Source of the DNA: an uncultured Methanosarcinales archaeon
Lineage (GTDB): Archaea > Nanobdellota > Nanobdellia > Woesearchaeales > CAYNLP01
DNA: 20,000 nt
Direction: 5' to 3'
Assembly: GCA_964398115.1 (NCBI GenBank)
Contig: CAYNLP010000003.1
Location: forward strand, 49,586-69,585
A program made the translations under genes and the position numbers. This document shows, one piece after another, positions 16,063 to 20,000 of the stretch (positions within the stretch are counted from its first letter, which is position 1; each line of letters starts with the position of its first letter). Below the pieces are notes generated by a model that was not told the DNA's origin, searched no databases, and worked only from the letters and a program-made list of their open reading frames with translations.

Positions 16063-17865
16063 TTAGTATTTACCTTCTAGTTTGAGTTTTGGATAGACTG
16101 TCATTGACTTCAACTCGTCTAGGAAGAGTTTGAATGCGTAACTAATTTCTACGTTGCTTACTTCTGTGTCTTCTCCGCACACGCTGCAGTAGTGTTGGTT
16201 TTTCCTGTTGTCGTATACTGCTACTAGGCCGCATTCTTCGCAGACTGGAACGGTTGTTTGGTCTGCGTCGAATCTTTCTTTGAGTGTGAGGCTTGCTCCG
16301 TGTGCGACGAATGTGTCTTTTTCCATTTCTCCTAGTCTTAGTCCTCCTTCTTTGCTTCTTCCTTCTGTGGGTTGTCTTGTTAGGAGTTGTATCGGTCCTC
16401 TTGCTCTTGCGTGGATTTTGTTTGCGACCATGTGTTTGAGTTTGAGGTAGTACATGTTTCCTACGAATATTCTTACTTTGAATTTCTCGCCTGTGGTTCC
16501 TGAATACATTGTTTCGGTTCCGTCTTCTCGGAATCCCATTTTCATTAGTTCTAGTCTGAGTTTCTTTTCTGGTTCGCCTTCGAATGTGGTGCCGTCGATT
16601 CTTCTTCCTGCCATAGCCCCGGTTTTTCCTCCGAGTATTTCGATCATGTGGCTGACGGTCATTCGTGATGGAACACCGTGTGGGCTGAATATTATGTCTG
16701 GTTTGATACCGTTGGCTGTGAAGGGGACGTCTGCTTCGGGTAGTTTGATGCTGATAACTCCTTTTTGTCCGTGTCGGCTTGTGAATTTGTCTCCGATTTC
16801 TGGAATTCTTCTGTCCCTCATACGCACTTGTGCTAGTTTGTTTCCTTCATCATTTTCTGTTAGCATTACCATATCTACGATTCCTTCTTCGCCGTGTTGT
16901 AGTGCACTGCTACTTTCTCTTCGGCTGCTTGCGGCTAGGTTGTAGTCTTCCATGCTGCTTAGGAATCTTGGTGGGCTTGTCTTTCCTATTACGACGTCGC
17001 CTTCGCTTACTTTTGCTTCTGGATATGTGAGTCCGTCTTCTTCTAGGTATCTGTAGTCGTGTTCGCTTCTATATCCTTTCACGTCTTTGTCTGGTATTGT
17101 TATTTCGTCTACGAGTCCTCCGCTGTATCTTAGTTCTTCGCTTGTTAGTGGTCTGAAGTAGGTGTTTCTTGCGAATCCTCGGTCGATGCTTCCTTGGTTA
17201 ACTACGATTGCGTCTTCCATGTTGTATCCTTTGTAGCTCATCACTGCTACTACTACGTTTTGTCCGCTTGGGTGTTTAGCGAAGTCTAGTATGTCGTGTG
17301 TTACAGTACTCACGATGGGGTATTGTGGGTAGTGTAGTAGGTTGGTGTCGGTGTCCATTCTGCTGTAGAAGTTGGCTGCGTAGAAACCTACTGCTTGTTT
17401 TTGATTCTTTGCTCCTTGTGTAAGCCTTACTCCGTGGTTGTGGTTTCCGTATGGTACTAGGCTTGCAGCGATTCCTAACATGTCTAAACTGCTTATTTCT
17501 AGGTGTGTGTGGTCTTCTGTTACTTCTTCTTCTCTAAGGGCGACGAGTGCGTTTTCTTCTTCGCCCGCGTCTAAGTATTCTATTAGGCCTTCTTCGATTA
17601 GGTCTTGCCAGGTCATTTCTCCTTCTTCTAATTTTTCGATGTGGTCTTCTGTAACTAGTGGTTCTCCGTCTTCTACTACTATGAGTGGTCTGCAATATCT
17701 TCCTTTACAAGTTTCTATATATATTTCGTCGTGTTCTTCTTTTACGTAGATGTTGACAAATTCTTGGACGTCTCCGTTTCTTCTTTTTTCTACGAATTTG
17801 TCTCTGAATTCTTGTGCGTCGTCGACTTCTCCTACGAATTTTTTGTTTATGTAAACATCTGCCAT
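16063..17865 (-). CDS. rpoB1: DNA-directed RNA polymerase subunit B' (Rpo2C)
   Basis: GYNMEDA, GDKFTSRHGQKG, PSRMT, LKHMVANKIHARARGP, GGLRLGEME, C-terminal zinc ribbon; SD AGGTGA. Confidence 0.98.
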   Translation of the reverse strand: MADVYINKKFVGEVDDAQEFRDKFVEKRRNGDVQEFVNIYVKEEHDEIYIETCKGRYCRPLIVVEDGEPLVTEDHIEKLEEGEMTWQDLIEEGLIEYLDAGEEENALVALREEEVTEDHTHLEISSLDMLGIAASLVPYGNHNHGVRLTQGAKNQKQAVGFYAANFYSRMDTDTNLLHYPQYPIVSTVTHDILDFAKHPSGQNVVVAVMSYKGYNMEDAIVVNQGSIDRGFARNTYFRPLTSEELRYSGGLVDEITIPDKDVKGYRSEHDYRYLEEDGLTYPEAKVSEGDVVIGKTSPPRFLSSMEDYNLAASSRRESSSALQHGEEGIVDMVMLTENDEGNKLAQVRMRDRRIPEIGDKFTSRHGQKGVISIKLPEADVPFTANGIKPDIIFSPHGVPSRMTVSHMIEILGGKTGAMAGRRIDGTTFEGEPEKKLRLELMKMGFREDGTETMYSGTTGEKFKVRIFVGNMYYLKLKHMVANKIHARARGPIQLLTRQPTEGRSKEGGLRLGEMEKDTFVAHGASLTLKERFDADQTTVPVCEECGLVAVYDNRKNQHYCSVCGEDTEVSNVEISYAFKLFLDELKSMTVYPKLKLEGKY

Positions 17866-17867
17866 GG

Positions 17868-19357
17868 TTAATTCACCTTTTCGAGTCCTATTTCTTCTGC
17901 TACTTCGTGTACGCTTTCTTCATCTAGTTCTGGAGCTGCTCTGGCTAGGATGGCTGTGTTTTTCCTCAACCCTATGTTTGTTCCTTCGGGTGTTTCTGAT
18001 GGGCAGAGCCTTCCTAGGTGTGTTGGGTGGAGGGCTCTAGCTTCGAAGTTTTCTTGTTGGCTTGAAAGTGGACTGACCACTCTTTGCAAGTGGCTTTGTA
18101 CTTGTAGGAAGTTTAGTCTTTCCATCCTTTGGCTGACTCCTTTTCTTCCTCCTACCCAGTTTCCGGTTGCCATGCTGCTGTATAAGCGTTGGGTGAGGAG
18201 TTTTTCTCTTATTATTACTTTGATGCTGGGTTGTTTGCCTCTTTTGACTAGTCTTTGGAAGTTGTATAAGAGGTCGCCTACGAGTACTTTGAGGTTTACT
18301 CTGAACAGGTCTGCCATGAGGTCTCCTGCGAGTTTAACTCTTTTGTTGTGGTAGTGGTCTTTATCGTGTGTTTCCATTTCTCCGTTTGCGACTGAAATGT
18401 ATTTTTTCATCATTTTGCACAGGTTGTGTGCTTTCATTATTCGGTCGTCTGGTTCTCCTCCGACGTGTGGGAGTAGGTATTTGTCTAGTATTTCTCTCAT
18501 TCTTTCCAGCCTGACTTCTTTGCTCTGTGTGACGCCCATTTTTTCGGCCATGTATTCTAAAGCGTCCTCTTCACTTTTTATATCGCTGAATTCATGGATG
18601 TTGACTAGGACTTCGCTGTTTGTTCCTAGATCGACTTGTTCCATTATTTTATTGTCTTTTACAAGCCCGAGTGCTTTTATTACGACCATTAACGGCATTT
18701 TCTTTACTCTTGTGAAGGTTAAGTAGTAGATGCCGTCTTTTCTTTTTTCTAGGTTGTGTGGTATTTTGTAACTGCCTCTCTCGCTGAATATTTTTCCNNN
18801 NNNNNNNGGTAGTCGCTTACTCCACTGCTTGCTTCTTCAACCATTACAGTGTTGCTTGCGAGGTCTTCAATGTTTACGACAATCTTTTCACTTCCGTTGA
18901 TTATGAAGTATCCTCCTGGGTCGTCTGGATCTTCGTTGTTTTCTATTAGTTCTTCTCTATCCATGTCGCTTAGGTGGCAGTATTTGCTTTTGAGCATGAT
19001 CGGCAGGTTACCGATTTGTGTTTTTAGCGTTTCTCTTTTTACGCCGTTGACGTGGCTGCTTACTTCTAAATATATGGGTGCTGAGTATGTTAGTTGTCTG
19101 AGTCTGGCTTCGTTTGGCGTTATTTCTCTTTTGCTGCCGTCAGCTTCTGTCATTTCTGGTTTGCCAACCCAAATGTTTTCTAAGTGGATTTCGTATTCGT
19201 CTACGTTTGGCGGTATGATGGTTGGTTCTACTTCTCGGTTGTCATCCACTATTCTTTGCATTTCTTTATCTACGAAGTGGTTGAAACTTTCGATGTTGGC
19301 TTTTACGATAGAGTTGTCTTCGAAGTATTTCCTTAGTAGGGTTCTTGCTTTATTCAC
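17868..19357 (-). CDS. rpoB2: DNA-directed RNA polymerase subunit B'' (Rpo2N), one gene interrupted by a 10-N assembly gap
   Basis: ORF 18749-19357 (P.EARLRQLTYSAP, DPGGYFIINGSEK) and ORF 17868-18698 (DKDHYHNKR, FEARALHPTHLGRLCPSETPEG.NIGL) are consecutive parts of Rpo2N. After the Ns the second frame is open from 18797 (GKIFSERGSYKIPH...). GTG start at 19357. Confidence 0.95.
18798..18807. other. Scaffold gap (10 N)
   Basis: Literal run of n. The true gap length must be 2 mod 3 to keep rpoB'' in frame. Confidence 0.99.
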
Positions 19358-19919
19358 GGATTACACTCCTGTAAAATTGTACTTGTCCTGCTGTTGGGCT
19401 GCTTCTTGTTATTTCGATGACGTCGCCTTCTTCGACGTCCATGTGCCGAATTGCAGGGTCGTCTTTCCTGATTTTCGGCATTTCTTTCGTGGTTGCTTGG
19501 AATTCTTCATATACTTTTTCTGCTTCTTCTTCACTTAGTTTATTGTGTTCTGGGATTAATTCGTGATGGATTTGTTCTCCTTCTTTTCTTCTTTCTTCAA
19601 CTTCTACGCCGAGTTCTTCTAAGAATTGGTTTATCATTTCGTCTTTTAAGTCGCTGGTTGATAGTTCTATACCGAATTCGTATTTGGCGTAGTCTTTTAT
19701 CTCGGCTTTTGTCATGCGTTCAACTTCGTTCTTTGTTATGTGTACGTCTTCGGCTTTTCTTTCTGCTCGAGCTTCTTCCTCGAGTTCTTCTAAGAATTGA
19801 TCTATCATTTCCGCCTTTTTGTCATTTAGAGAAAGACTTATATCGTATTCTTCGTCAGCGTACTCTTTCAATTCTTTCTTAGTTTTTTTCTTGAGTTCGC
19901 TTTTTGTTTCTTTCGCCAT
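19350..19919 (-). CDS. rpoH: DNA-directed RNA polymerase subunit H (Rpo5) with an approximately 115-aa N-terminal repeat extension
   Basis: C-terminal HELIPEHNKLSEEE...MPKIRKDDPAI...GDVIEITRSSPTAG...YRSV is RpoH. ATG 19919 has SD GGAGG at 19926-19930; the ORF-track start at 19967 lies inside the tRNA. Confidence 0.95.
   Translation of the reverse strand: MAKETKSELKKKTKKELKEYADEEYDISLSLNDKKAEMIDQFLEELEEEARAERKAEDVHITKNEVERMTKAEIKDYAKYEFGIELSTSDLKDEMINQFLEELGVEVEERRKEGEQIHHELIPEHNKLSEEEAEKVYEEFQATTKEMPKIRKDDPAIRHMDVEEGDVIEITRSSPTAGQVQFYRSVIRE
19611..19907 (-). repeat. Two in-frame 126-bp (42-aa) repeats in the rpoH N-terminus (19782-19907 and 19611-19736)
   Basis: TKSELKKKTKKELKEYADEEYDISLSLNDKKAEMIDQFLEEL vs TKNEVERMTKAEIKDYAKYEFGIELSTSDLKDEMINQFLEEL, 24/42 identical by hand count. 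Exact 19-bp DNA match cgagttcttctaagaattg at 19610 and 19781. Confidence 0.92.
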
Positions 19920-19936
19920 GTATAGCCTCCATAAAG

Positions 19937-20000
19937 TGGGCCGGGCGGGATTTGAACCCACGACCACTCGGTTAAAAGCCGAGTGCTCTATTGCCCAACA
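19937..20000 (-). tRNA. tRNA-Lys(UUU), 5' end outside the window, CCA not encoded
   Basis: Minus strand: AGAGC-A-CTCGG-CTTTTAA-CCGAG (anticodon arm, TTT), GTGGG-TTCAAAT-CCCGC (T arm), CCGGCCC-A (3' acceptor strand and discriminator). Confidence 0.93.

Noticed and set aside
18698..18810. Apparent frameshift or extra split in rpoB'' (two ORFs), suggesting a pseudogene or programmed frameshift
   Set aside because: The frame change falls exactly on a 10-N placeholder gap. Both flanks are open and continuous with Rpo2N, so it is an assembly artefact.
11238..19882. Many long plus-strand ORFs (e.g. 11996-12949, 13564-14382, 18849-19538) antisense to the RNAP operon
   Set aside because: Ser/Phe/Leu-rich shadows of strongly biased sense codons, with no motifs, SD or promoters.
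19920..19967. ORF-track N-terminal extension of rpoH (MVVGSNPARPTLWRLY)
   Set aside because: It is the translated T-arm and acceptor strand of tRNA-Lys. The SD points to ATG 19919.

Overview
Core-genome window of an archaeon. The compact genes, split RNA polymerase B and A subunits and short L7Ae point to a DPANN/Woesearchaeota-like lineage, and the strongly acidic proteins suggest a salt-adapted organism (both are inference). Left end, minus strand: rpl7ae-rps28e-rpl24e-ndk (ndk is partial and missed by the ORF track), preceded by a structured 5' leader with a K-turn/box-C-like motif. Middle (about 960-11214): an orphan membrane protein, an A24 prepilin/prearchaellin peptidase, a tandem pair of HIT-fold paralogues with differently broken histidine triads, a UPF0182 protein, a SERCA-like P2A Ca2+ ATPase, a calcineurin-like metallophosphoesterase and an RsmB/NOP2 RNA m5C methyltransferase. 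Most of these have their own TATA box and look leaderless. Right, minus strand: tRNA-Lys(UUU)-rpoH-rpoB''-rpoB'-rpoA'-rpoA''-rpl30e-nusA-rps12; rpoB'' appears broken only because of a 10-N scaffold gap. The most striking observations are an RpoH (Rpo5) carrying an N-terminal tandem pair of 42-aa helical SAP/Rho-N-like repeats, the degenerate HIT pair and the putative L7Ae autoregulatory leader. No mobile element or CRISPR array was seen.
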